Assembly: GCA_963706595.1 (NCBI GenBank)
Contig: OY970166.1
Location: 768,001-832,000, forward strand
Direction: 5' to 3'
From: an uncultured cyanobacterium
GTDB taxonomy: Bacteria; Cyanobacteriota; Cyanobacteriia; Cyanobacteriales; Nostocaceae
DNA: 64,000 nucleotides
In this document: positions 39,370 through 52,219 of the stretch, in pieces
How the letters are laid out: each line of letters opens with the position of its first letter
Position numbering within the stretch: the first letter of the stretch is position 1
Translations under genes and position numbers: made by a program
The notes under the pieces: generated by a model
Databases searched by the model: none
The model's input: the letters and a program-made list of their open reading frames with translations, nothing else
Told to the model about the DNA's origin: nothing

Positions 39370-40721
39370 TATAAAAGCCTTGCTGACTCATATAATCTTT
39401 TCATCATTGCTAAAATTTTCGTACCATAGTCTAAATCAACTGACCAGCGCCCAGAAAGCTGATAAATTGATGGCGCAACCCCACGGGTAATAAAACGAAA
39501 TCGTGGATCTACAACTTCGTTTACCAAAGGTTCTAAACTAGCGTAAGCTTTTAAATGTTGAATATGCGCTCTCACACCAATTCTAGCACTAGAAAAAGAT
39601 GCAACTTCTGCACCACCACCGATAGAACCTAAACCAGCAAAGTTATTTTGCTCAGGTCTAACATCGCTACCAAAGCGTAAAAATCCTGTTTCTAAACACA
39701 TTTGACAGAAAGCAATATCATAGTTAACACCTTCGGCAGTACCTTCTTCTCTGTACAATTTAGGGATGTCAAGAAAAGTATTTAAAGCATTTTGATTATT
39801 GTTTCTCAGGAATAATTGTAACTCTATTTCAGAAGTATTTCCCCGTGACATAATTCTGTCAAGTTGGTCAGCACACACTAATAAATTTGAGCGTAAACTA
39901 ACTGTACGAGTTGCCGCTTCCCAACCGATAGCAACATTAAAATCTCTCAAATCTACGGCTTTGATATAAACAATTCTTTGATAACTAATCCGGTTAACAT
40001 TGGGTAACTTGGATAAATCAATTCGTAGCTGATCTACTAAATCAATAGGAATGTAAGAATTACCATTAACCAATATTCCTTGTTCAGCGTATTTCTGCCC
40101 ATTAATATTAATATTAACTGCTGGATAAGTTGGTTCCACAGGAGTTACAGAAGTTGGGTCAATTACCCGACTCCAAGATGCTAGACCATCGGCAATTCCC
40201 ACCGCAAAATCACGGCGACGATTTTGCAGCAAAGAACGATCTTCGGGATTGCTAATAAAGCCTACTTGCATTAATAAAGAAGGAATCGTGATTTGGCGAC
40301 AAAATGCCAAACTCCCCAAACCGCTATCTGTATCTGGCTTAACTCCCCGATTTGGTAACTGAGTTACACGACGCAAAAGCCCCATTAAAACCAATTCGCC
40401 ATTAGTTTTACGCTCCTGGTTGTTGGCGATATGGTAGACCCCCGCACCTCGCACAGATGGACTGCTAGCAGTATCTGCATGAATTTCTATGGCGACATCC
40501 ACCCGACGACCACGGGAATTAATCCAAGCGATAGTTTGGGCGGCGCTGAGGTCATCAGGAACTGCCAAAACATCAAAACTTCTCGCCCGTAATTCTGTTA
40601 CAATCAAATCCCGCAGCAAAATCATTTCTCTGGCTTCGCTTGTACCACCTGCGATGGAGCCAGGATCAATCCCTCTGGCTTCTCTACCTCCGTGAGCTGC
40701 TGAAATAAAAATACGTCCCAT
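39369..40721 (-). CDS. tftA: Amidase_3 plus glucosaminidase-like cell-wall hydrolase (TftA-like hormogonium morphoprotein)
   Basis: IFISAAHGG, AIEIHAD, VGFISNP; C-terminal QMCLETGFLRFG..QNNFAGLG; symbol from recall. Confidence 0.7.
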   Translation of the reverse strand: MGRIFISAAHGGREARGIDPGSIAGGTSEAREMILLRDLIVTELRARSFDVLAVPDDLSAAQTIAWINSRGRRVDVAIEIHADTASSPSVRGAGVYHIANNQERKTNGELVLMGLLRRVTQLPNRGVKPDTDSGLGSLAFCRQITIPSLLMQVGFISNPEDRSLLQNRRRDFAVGIADGLASWSRVIDPTSVTPVEPTYPAVNININGQKYAEQGILVNGNSYIPIDLVDQLRIDLSKLPNVNRISYQRIVYIKAVDLRDFNVAIGWEAATRTVSLRSNLLVCADQLDRIMSRGNTSEIELQLFLRNNNQNALNTFLDIPKLYREEGTAEGVNYDIAFCQMCLETGFLRFGSDVRPEQNNFAGLGSIGGGAEVASFSSARIGVRAHIQHLKAYASLEPLVNEVVDPRFRFITRGVAPSIYQLSGRWSVDLDYGTKILAMMKRLYESARLL

Positions 40722-40848
40722 CCTCAGTATTTCCTCGAAAAATTAGGCTGAAGCAATTTCATACATGATTGTTGGCTTGGCAACAAGAATATAATAGCTA
40801 TGAGTGGGTAGACTCACAGCATTTATGACTACGAAGTAATGGACTAAA

Positions 40849-42780
40849 ATGCAAATTCCCCGCTTGCACCCAGATACAATTGACGAAATTAAACAACGTG
40901 CTGATATTGTTGATGTCGTTTCAGACCACGTAGTTTTACGCAAGCGCGGTAAGGATTTTGTCGGTTTGTGTCCTTTCCATGATGAAAAAACTCCCAGTTT
41001 TACAGTCAGTCAAACTAAGCAAATGTACTATTGCTTTGGCTGTCAAGCCGGGGGAAATGCGATTAAGTTTTTAATGGATGTGGGAAAACACTCTTTTGCA
41101 GAAGTAGTGTTAGATTTAGCCCGACGTTATCAAGTTCCTGTGCAAACTCTCGCACCAGAACAACGCCAAGAATTACAGCGTCAAATTTCTCTGCGGGAAC
41201 AGTTATATGAGGTTCTGGCTTCTACTGGACAGTTTTATCAACACGCCCTCAGACAAAGCCAAGGACAAAAAGCATATCAGTATTTGCAATCTGAACGCCA
41301 ACTGAAGGAAGAAACAATTCAGCAGTTTGGCTTAGGTTATGCACCAGCCGGTTGGGAAACTCTGCATCGCTATCTGGTGGAAGATAAACGTTACCCAGTG
41401 CAATTGGTGGAAAAAGCCGGGTTAATTAAGCCCAGGAAAGAGGGAGGCGGTTATTATGATGTTTTTCGCGATCGCCTGATGATTCCCATCCGCGATCTCC
41501 AAGGGCGGGTAATTGCTTTTGGGGGGAGAACTTTATCTGAAGAACAACCAAAGTATTTAAATTCACCAGAAACCGAACTTTTTAGTAAGGGAAAAACTTT
41601 ATTCGCCCTAGATCACGCCAAAGACGGCATTTCTCAACTAGATCAAGCTGTGGTGGTAGAAGGATATTTTGATGCGATCGCTCTCCATGCTGCGGGTATT
41701 AATAACGCCGTGGCTTCTCTGGGTACAGCTTTAAGCATTGAACAAGTTAGATTAATCTTACGCTACACCGAATCAAAACAATTAGTCCTCAACTTTGATG
41801 CTGACAAAGCCGGGAACATCGCCGCCGAAAGAGCGATTGGAGAAATTGCCGCATTAGCGTATAAAGGCGAAGTGCAACTAAAAATCGTCAATATTCCTGA
41901 TGGTAAAGATGCTGATGAATACCTACATACTCATACACCACAAGACTATGAGCAACTGTTAGCAAACGCCCCACTGTGGCTGAATTGGCAAATTGACCAA
42001 ATTATTCAAAACCGCGACTTAAAACAAGCTACCGACTTTCAGCAAGTCAGCCAGCAAATAGTAAAAATACTGCAAAACATAGATAACAGTGATACGCGAA
42101 ATTATTACGTTTCCCACTGTGCGGAAATCCTCAGTTTGGGTGATACGCGACTGATACCTCTACGAGTCGAAAATCTGTTAACTCAAATTTCACCCACCAC
42201 GACAAGAAAACCTTCATCCGGTCAGAAAAAATGGAGTGGCGGAAAACCTCCCCACTCCCCACTCCCCACTCCCCACTCCCCTCTTTCAAACGATCGCAGT
42301 CTTTTAGAATTAGCCGAAGCTTTACTATTACGAATTTATCTACACTGTCCCGAACAGCGCCAAGCTATTTTTAACACCTTAGAAGAACGCAATTTAGAAT
42401 TTAGCTTTTCTCACCATCGATTATTGTGGCAGAAAATTTTAGAATCCACAGGAGAAGAAGTAGAAATTATCTCCACTTTGCAAGATAGATATTTAGAAAT
42501 ATCAGAACAAATAGAATCAGTTTCCCATTTATTTCACCTCAACGAGAAAAGTCAGAAAGAAATACTGCGAACACCCCAAGCCGTTCAAGCTGCTGTTGCT
42601 TGTATGGAGAGAGTATTAATAGAAAAGCGCTATCGTTACTTTTTAGAACTTTGGGAACAAACCGATCCCGAAGCCGAACCAGAAAAATGGCAATCATATT
42701 ATCAGTCTTTCTACAATGAAAAAATGCGCCTGAAAGAACTAGACCGCCAACGCCAATTTTCCATTACAGATTTACTTTAA
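40849..42780 (+). CDS. dnaG: DNA primase
   Basis: CPFHDEKTPSF zinc finger, KYLNSPET, VVEGYFD, FDADKAG. Confidence 0.98.
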   Translation: MQIPRLHPDTIDEIKQRADIVDVVSDHVVLRKRGKDFVGLCPFHDEKTPSFTVSQTKQMYYCFGCQAGGNAIKFLMDVGKHSFAEVVLDLARRYQVPVQTLAPEQRQELQRQISLREQLYEVLASTGQFYQHALRQSQGQKAYQYLQSERQLKEETIQQFGLGYAPAGWETLHRYLVEDKRYPVQLVEKAGLIKPRKEGGGYYDVFRDRLMIPIRDLQGRVIAFGGRTLSEEQPKYLNSPETELFSKGKTLFALDHAKDGISQLDQAVVVEGYFDAIALHAAGINNAVASLGTALSIEQVRLILRYTESKQLVLNFDADKAGNIAAERAIGEIAALAYKGEVQLKIVNIPDGKDADEYLHTHTPQDYEQLLANAPLWLNWQIDQIIQNRDLKQATDFQQVSQQIVKILQNIDNSDTRNYYVSHCAEILSLGDTRLIPLRVENLLTQISPTTTRKPSSGQKKWSGGKPPHSPLPTPHSPLSNDRSLLELAEALLLRIYLHCPEQRQAIFNTLEERNLEFSFSHHRLLWQKILESTGEEVEIISTLQDRYLEISEQIESVSHLFHLNEKSQKEILRTPQAVQAAVACMERVLIEKRYRYFLELWEQTDPEAEPEKWQSYYQSFYNEKMRLKELDRQRQFSITDLL

Positions 42781-42810
42781 TATTTCCCCCCAATCATTAT
42801 TAGTAATAAT

Positions 42811-42992
42811 ATAGCATTTCCTAGTCTGCTGAAAGAACCCCACCCCCAACCCCCTCCCCGCAAGCGAGGAGGGGGCTATGATGTACTTCATTGAAGTGGA
42901 TACCGCTATAATACTAAAATAATTTCACTTTTACAAATGTACCCTAACTCTTACTCCCTCTCCTTAGTAAGGAGAGGGTTGGGGTGAGGTTC
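42811..42992. repeat. MITE/REP-like palindromic repeats
   Basis: ccccctccccgcaagcgaggaggggg and ccctctccttagtaaggagaggg hairpins. Confidence 0.6.
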
Positions 42993-43122
42993 TTCCCGTT
43001 AATAATCTTGCCAAAGCATAATTTCTAAGTTAAACTTTATACAAATTTAAAACTAAAAAATATACACAATCCCTTGAGTGATTATGTGTAAATTTTCCAT
43101 AATAATATTAATTTTCTAAAAA

Positions 43123-44238
43123 ATGTCATTATTTACCAACTTACTAAATTTGCATTCAGAGAATAAACCGCTTGAAGACTTTTTTACAGAAATTATTGCT
43201 TATTTTCTAGATATCAATCACGATATTTTAATCGCTTGGCTCAAACATGAATCAATTATTGGTGATGAAAATGAAATAAATATCAACATTTTCACACAAG
43301 AATCCTATCAGCCATTAAAACATCATCATAGCGGTAGTAAACCTGATATTGTGATTAAATTAGAACATGATACTCAGACAGATATCATATTTATTGAATC
43401 GAAAATTGCCTCTACTGAAGGATGGGAACAATTAAAAAGATATGCTGAGATTTTGAGCAGTTTATCATATCCTCAACAGCGAACTCTAATTTACATCACT
43501 CGTGATTACGAACCAAAGGAAGAAATTCAAAAATTACTTCCACAATTAACCCCAAACGTAAAATTTTTTCAATTGAGATGGTATCAGTTTTATAGCTTCT
43601 TGAAGAAGTACGAAACGGATACTTTGGCTAAAGAAATATTAAAATTTATGGAGTTTTACAGAATGTCTCATACTAATCAGCTTTCGTCTGTTGATTTATT
43701 GACAATGGTCAATTTCAAAAAAACCTTTAATTTTATGAAAGCTACTCTCAGCGAAGAAGTAGAAAAAGAATTTAATATAGTTTTTGATAATGTAATCAGA
43801 GCCACACAAAATATAACTCTCTGGATAAGGGATAGCAATTATATGATCTACACTAACCTGTATCCTAGTTCTAATTTTTGGTGTGGTCTGGGATATTTTA
43901 ATTTAAATCCAGATAATTTGACTGATTATCCACATTTGGGGATATATTTAGGAGTTTCTGATAAATTTAAAGAACGTTTAAAATTTATTCAAACAATGCA
44001 GGAAATAGTGAAAGAATACCCTGACAAATGGACTCCTTATAATTTAACTATTACTCCAGCATGGTCTAACATTTCTTATCGCAAAAGCCTACAAGAGTTT
44101 TTATCTCAAGAAGACCAAATATCTGTTATTAAATCGTTTTTTATAGAATCTATCCATGAACTGCAAAAGATTCAACCTTATTTTGATTTTCCTTGGAAGG
44201 TTGTCAGTACAGAACAAGCATTGTTAGAAGAAAAATAG
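43123..44238 (+). CDS. PD-(D/E)XK nuclease-family protein
   Basis: EDFFTE, KPDIVI, IFIESKI, QLKRY; AT-rich. Confidence 0.75.
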   Translation: MSLFTNLLNLHSENKPLEDFFTEIIAYFLDINHDILIAWLKHESIIGDENEININIFTQESYQPLKHHHSGSKPDIVIKLEHDTQTDIIFIESKIASTEGWEQLKRYAEILSSLSYPQQRTLIYITRDYEPKEEIQKLLPQLTPNVKFFQLRWYQFYSFLKKYETDTLAKEILKFMEFYRMSHTNQLSSVDLLTMVNFKKTFNFMKATLSEEVEKEFNIVFDNVIRATQNITLWIRDSNYMIYTNLYPSSNFWCGLGYFNLNPDNLTDYPHLGIYLGVSDKFKERLKFIQTMQEIVKEYPDKWTPYNLTITPAWSNISYRKSLQEFLSQEDQISVIKSFFIESIHELQKIQPYFDFPWKVVSTEQALLEEK

Positions 44239-44359
44239 GCATTTCTACTATGTAAAAATCAGAACCGAAAAAATCCGAGTATGAGATATATTTTTCCAAA
44301 CATATTTCTTTAGGTAGTAGAGCGATCGCCTGAAAACACAAGATAGTGAGCTATGGGAG

Positions 44360-45649
44360 GTGAAAATGCGTCAACTCATTATCCAAGTGCCACGGGGAAA
44401 CGGAAAAGCAGTGATTGATATCGCCAAATCTCATAACGGTTCAAACCTTGCACGTTTTGAAGGGAATGCAGACGAACCGATTGATGTGGTGATTGTTCAC
44501 GTTTCTAATCGAGAAGTTGGGAAAGTCCTAGAAGAATTGCAAGATTTGCCCAAAGTACAGATCACTATAATACCAACTGGTGTGATGGCTCTGCAACCAC
44601 CTGTATCGGAAACGCCGCAGCAGGTGATAGATGTGGAAGAACGCAGTCCAATTGAGATTTTTCTCTCTGGTTTGCAAAGTGTTGGCTCATGGCGAGGCTT
44701 TCTTGGTTATGCAGTCCTCGCAGGTTTTGTGGTCTGGATTGGCTTGTATACTAATACAACTTACTTATTAGTGGCGGCGATGCTAATTGCACCGTTTGCA
44801 GGCCCAGCGATGAATACAGCCATTGGTACTGCATGGGGCGATCGCAAACTCTTAGGAAGAAGTATTCTACGCTATTTTGCAGCTTTAGCCGTCACCATAA
44901 TTACTACTTGCTTACTTAGCCTCATTCTACAGCAAGAAATTCCGACGAGTTTAATGGTAGAAAACAGTCAAATTTCAGCAGTAGCAGTAATTTTACCACT
45001 AGCAGCCGGCGCAGCAGGGGCGCTGAACTTGGTTCAGTCAGAACGGAGTAGTTTAGTATCTGGGGCAGCAACAGGAATGTTAGTTGCCGCTTCTTTAGCT
45101 CCACCTGCGGGAATTATCGGTATGGCTAGTGCAGTAGGCAGATGGGATATGGTAATTTCTGGGCTGTTCTTACTGCTTTTACAACTATGTGGCATTAATT
45201 TTTCAGCAGCCCTCTTGTTTCGAGTGTTCGGGTTGTCTCCTCAAGGAACTCGCTATCAGCGTGGTAAAAAACGGGTATTCTTTTCTGCCTTGGTGATCAC
45301 TGTCATCGGCTTGGGCGGTTTGCTAAGTTGGCAATTTATTAATTCTCCCAATCTCCAACGCTCTAGCCTAGCCCAACGTGCTAACGCTGAAGTCCAAAAA
45401 ACTGTAGAAGAAGTTGGGTTAGCAGAATTAGTCGAATCCAATGTACGCTTTACCAGAGCTAATATTGCTGGTCAGGATACTCTACTTTGTGTGATTTATG
45501 TGCAGCGTCAACCGCAAATTACAGCATCTAGTGAAGAAATTCGCGATCGCCTCACCCAATCCATTCAAACTCAATTATTAAAACAAAATTTTAACGCTAC
45601 ACCTTTAGTTAATGTAAACGTGCTAGAAACTCCTTTAAGATCACAATAA
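44360..45649 (+). CDS. DUF389 family membrane protein
   Basis: AMLIAP, GMLVAASLAPPA, multiple TMs. Confidence 0.8.
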   Translation: MKMRQLIIQVPRGNGKAVIDIAKSHNGSNLARFEGNADEPIDVVIVHVSNREVGKVLEELQDLPKVQITIIPTGVMALQPPVSETPQQVIDVEERSPIEIFLSGLQSVGSWRGFLGYAVLAGFVVWIGLYTNTTYLLVAAMLIAPFAGPAMNTAIGTAWGDRKLLGRSILRYFAALAVTIITTCLLSLILQQEIPTSLMVENSQISAVAVILPLAAGAAGALNLVQSERSSLVSGAATGMLVAASLAPPAGIIGMASAVGRWDMVISGLFLLLLQLCGINFSAALLFRVFGLSPQGTRYQRGKKRVFFSALVITVIGLGGLLSWQFINSPNLQRSSLAQRANAEVQKTVEEVGLAELVESNVRFTRANIAGQDTLLCVIYVQRQPQITASSEEIRDRLTQSIQTQLLKQNFNATPLVNVNVLETPLRSQ

Positions 45650-45669
45650 TCCTGTATGCCTTAGCTGTT

Positions 45670-46248
45670 ATGAGCCTAACTACTGCTAAACGCTTCACCA
45701 TAGATGAATATCACCGTCTGGCAGAACTCGGCTTCTTCACAGAAGATGACCGAGTTGAACTAATTGAAGGGGAAATAGTCCAGATGGTTGCTAAAGGTAC
45801 ACCACACTCTGTTTGTGAAACACTTTTATTTAGGGAGTTAATCAAGCTTGTAGCAGATAGTGCTTTAGTACGAGGTCAACAACCAATTATCATCTCCCAA
45901 CACAGTGAACCTGAACCAGATTTAGCCATTGTGCATAATGTTGATGATAATTATCTTTCTACTCATCCTCAGCCATCTGATGTATTGTTGGTAATTGAGG
46001 TTGCTGATTCCTCTTTAAAATATGACCAAGAGATAAAATTACCGCTTTATGCAAAAGCGAGTATTAATAATTATTGGATATTTAATTTAGTAGATAATTA
46101 TCTAGAGTGCTATAGTGAACCTTATCAAGATTTGCAAGACAAATTTGGCTATCGCCGCAAGTTAATTTTCTTGCCTAATGAGACAGTTAATCTACCCGTT
46201 TTTTCTAATTTAGTTTTGAATTTATCTCAAGTATTTCCTAAAAAGTAA
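45670..46248 (+). CDS. Uma2-family protein
   Basis: FTIDEYHRL, RVELIEGEI, EPEPD, LVIEVADSS. Confidence 0.92.
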   Translation: MSLTTAKRFTIDEYHRLAELGFFTEDDRVELIEGEIVQMVAKGTPHSVCETLLFRELIKLVADSALVRGQQPIIISQHSEPEPDLAIVHNVDDNYLSTHPQPSDVLLVIEVADSSLKYDQEIKLPLYAKASINNYWIFNLVDNYLECYSEPYQDLQDKFGYRRKLIFLPNETVNLPVFSNLVLNLSQVFPKK

Positions 46249-46467
46249 ATGATAAAAATTCAATGTATATGAAGAAATATAAATTAAACTTAGGGTGTGT
46301 TATGCCGTAGGCTAACGCACCTGAAATTTTTTATACTGAGTGTAGCCGGAGTCAAGAGGACTAAAGTCTTCACGACAAACCTTAACTAAAGAGTGTAGGG
46401 ACAATTCATGAATTATCCCTACACCCTACAAAGTTTCTGGAAAACGCATATTCAGTGGTGGCTTAAT

Positions 46468-47487
<1,020 letters not shown>

Positions 47488-47683
47488 TCACAGAGCCATC
47501 AACTTTTAAGTTTTAAAAATCCAATGATCAGCATAGGGAGAACCCTTGTAGAGACGCGATTCATCGCGTCTTCATTGCTCTCTTCCTACGTCACAGGATT
47601 AGTCCAGTAGTCGGGGTTAGGCGCACGAAATCATATCTTCAAGATGAAGATGTCTAATTTTGCGCCGTAACTCACCATCTAAA

Positions 47684-48196
47684 CTACGGACAAAATAACG
47701 TATCCCTTGTATCTCGCCCAGTCACAGGATTTGTACCCTTAGCCAGTTGACACAATTTTTTTTCCTCATCCTGACGCAGCAGAATATCAGTAAAATCTGC
47801 GCCATCAATAATCGCACCATCAAACCGAGCGTTAGAAGCAAACGCACCTTCTAAAACCGCATTTGTCAAATTAGCTTTAATCAATCGAGCTGAATCTAAA
47901 GTAGCGAATGAGAGGTCAGCACTCTCCAAATTTGCCGATTCTAAATTTGCCGCAAAAAAACTGACCCCGCGCAAATTAGCATGATTAAAGTCACTCTGGC
48001 GGAGATTAGCTTTGGTAAAACTAGAGTCTGTTAAATCACGTCCTGAAAAATCAGCCTCGATCAAAATCTCTTTGTTATATTCCAGAGCCAAAGCTGTGGG
48101 CGTATACCCAACAATTGCTGTGATGCCAACTACTACCCAAAGCAATACACTGAGTATAGTGGCTTCAATTCGATTACTTAATCTAGAATTCATCAT
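47684..48196 (-). CDS. Pentapeptide-repeat protein with signal peptide
   Basis: A(D/N)LxX repeats; C-terminal [17 protein letters not shown]; start uncertain. Confidence 0.88.
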   Translation of the reverse strand: MMNSRLSNRIEATILSVLLWVVVGITAIVGYTPTALALEYNKEILIEADFSGRDLTDSSFTKANLRQSDFNHANLRGVSFFAANLESANLESADLSFATLDSARLIKANLTNAVLEGAFASNARFDGAIIDGADFTDILLRQDEEKKLCQLAKGTNPVTGRDTRDTLFCP

Positions 48197-48207
48197 ATTT
48201 TTAACCA

Positions 48208-48714
48208 ATGGCGAAACCTCCTCCCTCTCATTATCCCGATATTGGTGAATTAGGAGAAGACCTCGTAGCACAATGGTTACAGTCTATAGGCTGGAGTATC
48301 CTGCATCGGCGCTTTTCCAGCCGTTGGGGAGAAATAGACATTATCGCCCAGCTTGACGAAAAACAGCCCTGCGGTGCAAAAAATCTCTTTGTTAACCGAT
48401 TACCCCAAGTAGCATTTGTGGAAGTGAAAACCCGTAGTCAAGGAAATTGGGATACAGGGGGTAAAAGTGCTATCACACGACAAAAGCAGGCAAAAATTGG
48501 GCGGACAGCCACAATATTTTTAGCTGAGTATCCTGAAAAAGCTGACTACCCATGTCGCTTTGATGTTGCTATTGTCTACTGTCAGCGAATCTCAAAACAG
48601 CCTAATGATTTGACCTTGACTTCAGAAGCTCTAGCTAGTTTATCAGCAGATGGATATCAATTGTATCTGCAAGAATATCTACCAGCAGCTTTTGACTTTG
48701 CCATTGATGGTTAA
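48208..48714 (+). CDS. YraN family (UPF0102) nuclease-like protein
   Basis: GELGE, GEIDII, FVEVKTR, CRFDV. Confidence 0.9.
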   Translation: MAKPPPSHYPDIGELGEDLVAQWLQSIGWSILHRRFSSRWGEIDIIAQLDEKQPCGAKNLFVNRLPQVAFVEVKTRSQGNWDTGGKSAITRQKQAKIGRTATIFLAEYPEKADYPCRFDVAIVYCQRISKQPNDLTLTSEALASLSADGYQLYLQEYLPAAFDFAIDG

Positions 48715-48740
48715 TTAGTCAAAATGCTCCAACTTAGAAA

Positions 48741-49130
48741 TTAAGCGAGTGTTTCTGGACAATAACCCAGTCCCCGCACGAATTGTTGTCGGAACGCTTC
48801 AATTTCTTCTCTCTCTGGGCTACCATGAGAAACGATCGCAACTTGGTAGCGACGCATTACGTCTACAGGGCTTTGTCCTGCTTCCAAACTCCAAAGTGCC
48901 ATTTGCACCCGCATTGGTGGCTTGTAGCTAATTCCTAATTCATTGAGAAAAGCTCGAAAGTCGCCATCTTCTTGAGACGAAAGTTGTTCTTTGAATTTTA
49001 CCCTCACCACCCAGCCATCAATTTGATGAATCACGGTAACGAAAGAAACGGGCATCTGGGGTCTGGCGTGCAGATGTTGTACAATTCTCAGAGTTAGACT
49101 GGCATTTGCCAAGTAATATAAATATTCCAT
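48741..49130 (-). CDS. Hypothetical protein
   Basis: 129-aa ORF with typical composition. Confidence 0.75.
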   Translation of the reverse strand: MEYLYYLANASLTLRIVQHLHARPQMPVSFVTVIHQIDGWVVRVKFKEQLSSQEDGDFRAFLNELGISYKPPMRVQMALWSLEAGQSPVDVMRRYQVAIVSHGSPEREEIEAFRQQFVRGLGYCPETLA

Positions 49131-49413
49131 AGTTGCTGCTTGGGATCAAAGCCCATCCTACATTTCTATCTTCCTAAATAGATCGCTATTCCCGATAGGG
49201 TAAAAGCCCCCGTTTTTGTATGGGGAGGTTTACCCAATTTTTATGCAACTTCATTGTGAATTGTAAAGTAACGGCACACTTGGCTAACAGGTAATATCCT
49301 CTCTTTATGATCCGGCGCTAAATTTCTGCCTTTTTTCTTTCTGACTTTGTGTGCTGATTTCAAGGGGAGACGCGACGCGTTTCTAAAAGGCCAATTTTTT
49401 AACTGACCTGAAA

Positions 49414-50271
49414 TCACAAACCCATCGAATACAACATTACACGGTCATACAGTTGATCTGGCAAAAGATACTTAAGTAGGAGGGCAATTTTAGCATCTTG
49501 TCCCACAACATAGCGTGTCTTTGGTCGTTTTGCAGTCAGCGCCTGAACAACAGCCTGAGCGACAATCTCCGCAGAAATTCCCCCAGATGCTATGGTTCCA
49601 ACTTTTTGACGGACAGCACTCATGGCTTCACCATAAAGTGTTTCTGCTGATTCTGGTAGGTTCTTCCGGGCTGTGTCCACTTGCAGAAACGACTTTTCCC
49701 AAATTGGGGTAGCGATCGCACCTGGTTCTATAATTGAAACTGAAATTCCCCAGGGGCGCAACTCCATACGCATGACATCGGTTAGAGCTTCCAGGGCAAA
49801 TTTTGAAGCATTATAAGCTCCCAGAAACGGTGCGGCACTTCTACCACTAATGGAACCCATATTCACAATTCTACCCTGACCCAGGCGTAATAAACCCAGA
49901 AATTCTTGTGTAACTGCTAATTGTCCAGTGACATTAATATCCATCTGCTGTTGAAATTCAGCAATTGGTAGTAATTCTAAGGGGCCGGGAACGGCAATAC
50001 CGGCGTTATTTACTAAACCTAAAATTCCCCGCTCACCAACGACATTTGTTACCGTTGTAACTGCACATTTAATTGATTCGCAGTCAGTCACATCTAAAAA
50101 GATTGATTTGAGCTTTGGTGACGCTTGTGCTTGCAGTTTTTGAGCATCCTCATCTTTACGCACACCAGCAAACACAAAATATCCCAACTTGTCTAAAAGT
50201 AAAGCACAAGCTGCACCAATCCCTGTGGATGCGCCTGTGATCACAACTGTATTTTTATTTCCTGGAAGCAT
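49414..50271 (-). CDS. SDR-family oxidoreductase
   Basis: TGASTGIG, NNAG, YNASK. Confidence 0.92.
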   Translation of the reverse strand: MLPGNKNTVVITGASTGIGAACALLLDKLGYFVFAGVRKDEDAQKLQAQASPKLKSIFLDVTDCESIKCAVTTVTNVVGERGILGLVNNAGIAVPGPLELLPIAEFQQQMDINVTGQLAVTQEFLGLLRLGQGRIVNMGSISGRSAAPFLGAYNASKFALEALTDVMRMELRPWGISVSIIEPGAIATPIWEKSFLQVDTARKNLPESAETLYGEAMSAVRQKVGTIASGGISAEIVAQAVVQALTAKRPKTRYVVGQDAKIALLLKYLLPDQLYDRVMLYSMGL

Positions 50272-50603
50272 GACTTTCCTCAGCAGTATTCATCTGTCAG
50301 AGTTGATATTAGACCCTGATAACATTTGAGATTTGAAAGTCCCAGAATCCCGGTATTTTGAACCGAGATGCTCATTTCTCGTCCATAATTTAAGAATGCT
50401 ATAATACTTTAACTATAAAGTCACTAGCTGAGAACAAATGTAGCAAAGCTATCTTTTGCCGGAATCTCAAAGTGCTTTAGTTTTTGATTATAAATGAAAT
50501 TCTTTAACAAATTATTTAATTATTCTTAACATTAAATTTCTGAGAATTAATCTTTTTTCATCTCTAGAGACGCAAAATTTCGCGTCTCTATACTTAATAT
50601 TTC

Positions 50604-50921
50604 TTAAATGAAATTTTTGAGATGTTGCACCAATTGTTCTGCTTGCATCACGCCCTCAATTTTTTCCACTGGCTGACCCTGCTTAAATAGTACCAGTGTG
50701 GGTAAGGCATTAATTTGGTACTGAGTTGCTAGGGCTGCATACTTTTCAGTGTCAATTTTGACAATCCGCAAACTATTTTGTAGTTGGGCGTTAACTTGTT
50801 CTAAAATCGGCACCATCATCTGACAAGGGCCACACCAATCAGCATAAAAATCTACCAACACTGGTACATCAGAACCAGTTAACATCTCTTCAAAACTGTT
50901 GAATTGTTTTTTTGTAGCCAT
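50604..50921 (-). CDS. Thioredoxin (likely y-type)
   Basis: DFYADWCGPC. Confidence 0.93.
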   Translation of the reverse strand: MATKKQFNSFEEMLTGSDVPVLVDFYADWCGPCQMMVPILEQVNAQLQNSLRIVKIDTEKYAALATQYQINALPTLVLFKQGQPVEKIEGVMQAEQLVQHLKNFI

Positions 50922-51137
50922 GTGACACACACCAAATCTTTATTGATTGCTTTCAATGTTAATGTGTCCTTCAACGAATCGGTATATCATCATTTTGTTT
51001 TTATTGTTGCTCAATTTCGCACTGTTCCCAAAGATAGATGTCTAATTCAGAAAGCATCTGATTCTAAATTCCTGAGATTATCGGCACAAATCACCATAAG
51101 ATCATGAGCGCGGTTATTTGAAAAGCAACAGGATTAA

Positions 51138-51887
<750 letters not shown>

Positions 51888-51922
51888 TCAGTGAACAGTG
51901 AACAGTTAACAGGCGTATTTAA

Positions 51923-51955
51923 AGATCCCCGACTTCTTGAAGAAGTCGGGGATCT
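51923..51955. repeat. REP-like hairpin AGATCCCCGACTTC..GAAGTCGGGGATCT
   Basis: Second copy at 52714-52745. Confidence 0.8.
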
Positions 51956-52219
51956 GAGCCTCTCGCGGTTGCAAATCAAATAGAAGCATTACTAATAACA
52001 ACTTAACAATTTAGCCCACGCAGGTGGGCTTTGTTTGTGTAGCCGCGACTTGCATCCGCCAGGGCTAATTTAAAGCACTTAACAAGATTTACCGATTCAT
52101 GGATACTATATAGATTTTGGTATAAAAATATATACTTACCTCTTTCTGCATAAGTTAGGGAAAAAAGCGTAGCGCGCTAAAGCGGAAAAGTTTAGAGAAT
52201 TAAGTCCTCTCGGCAGAAA

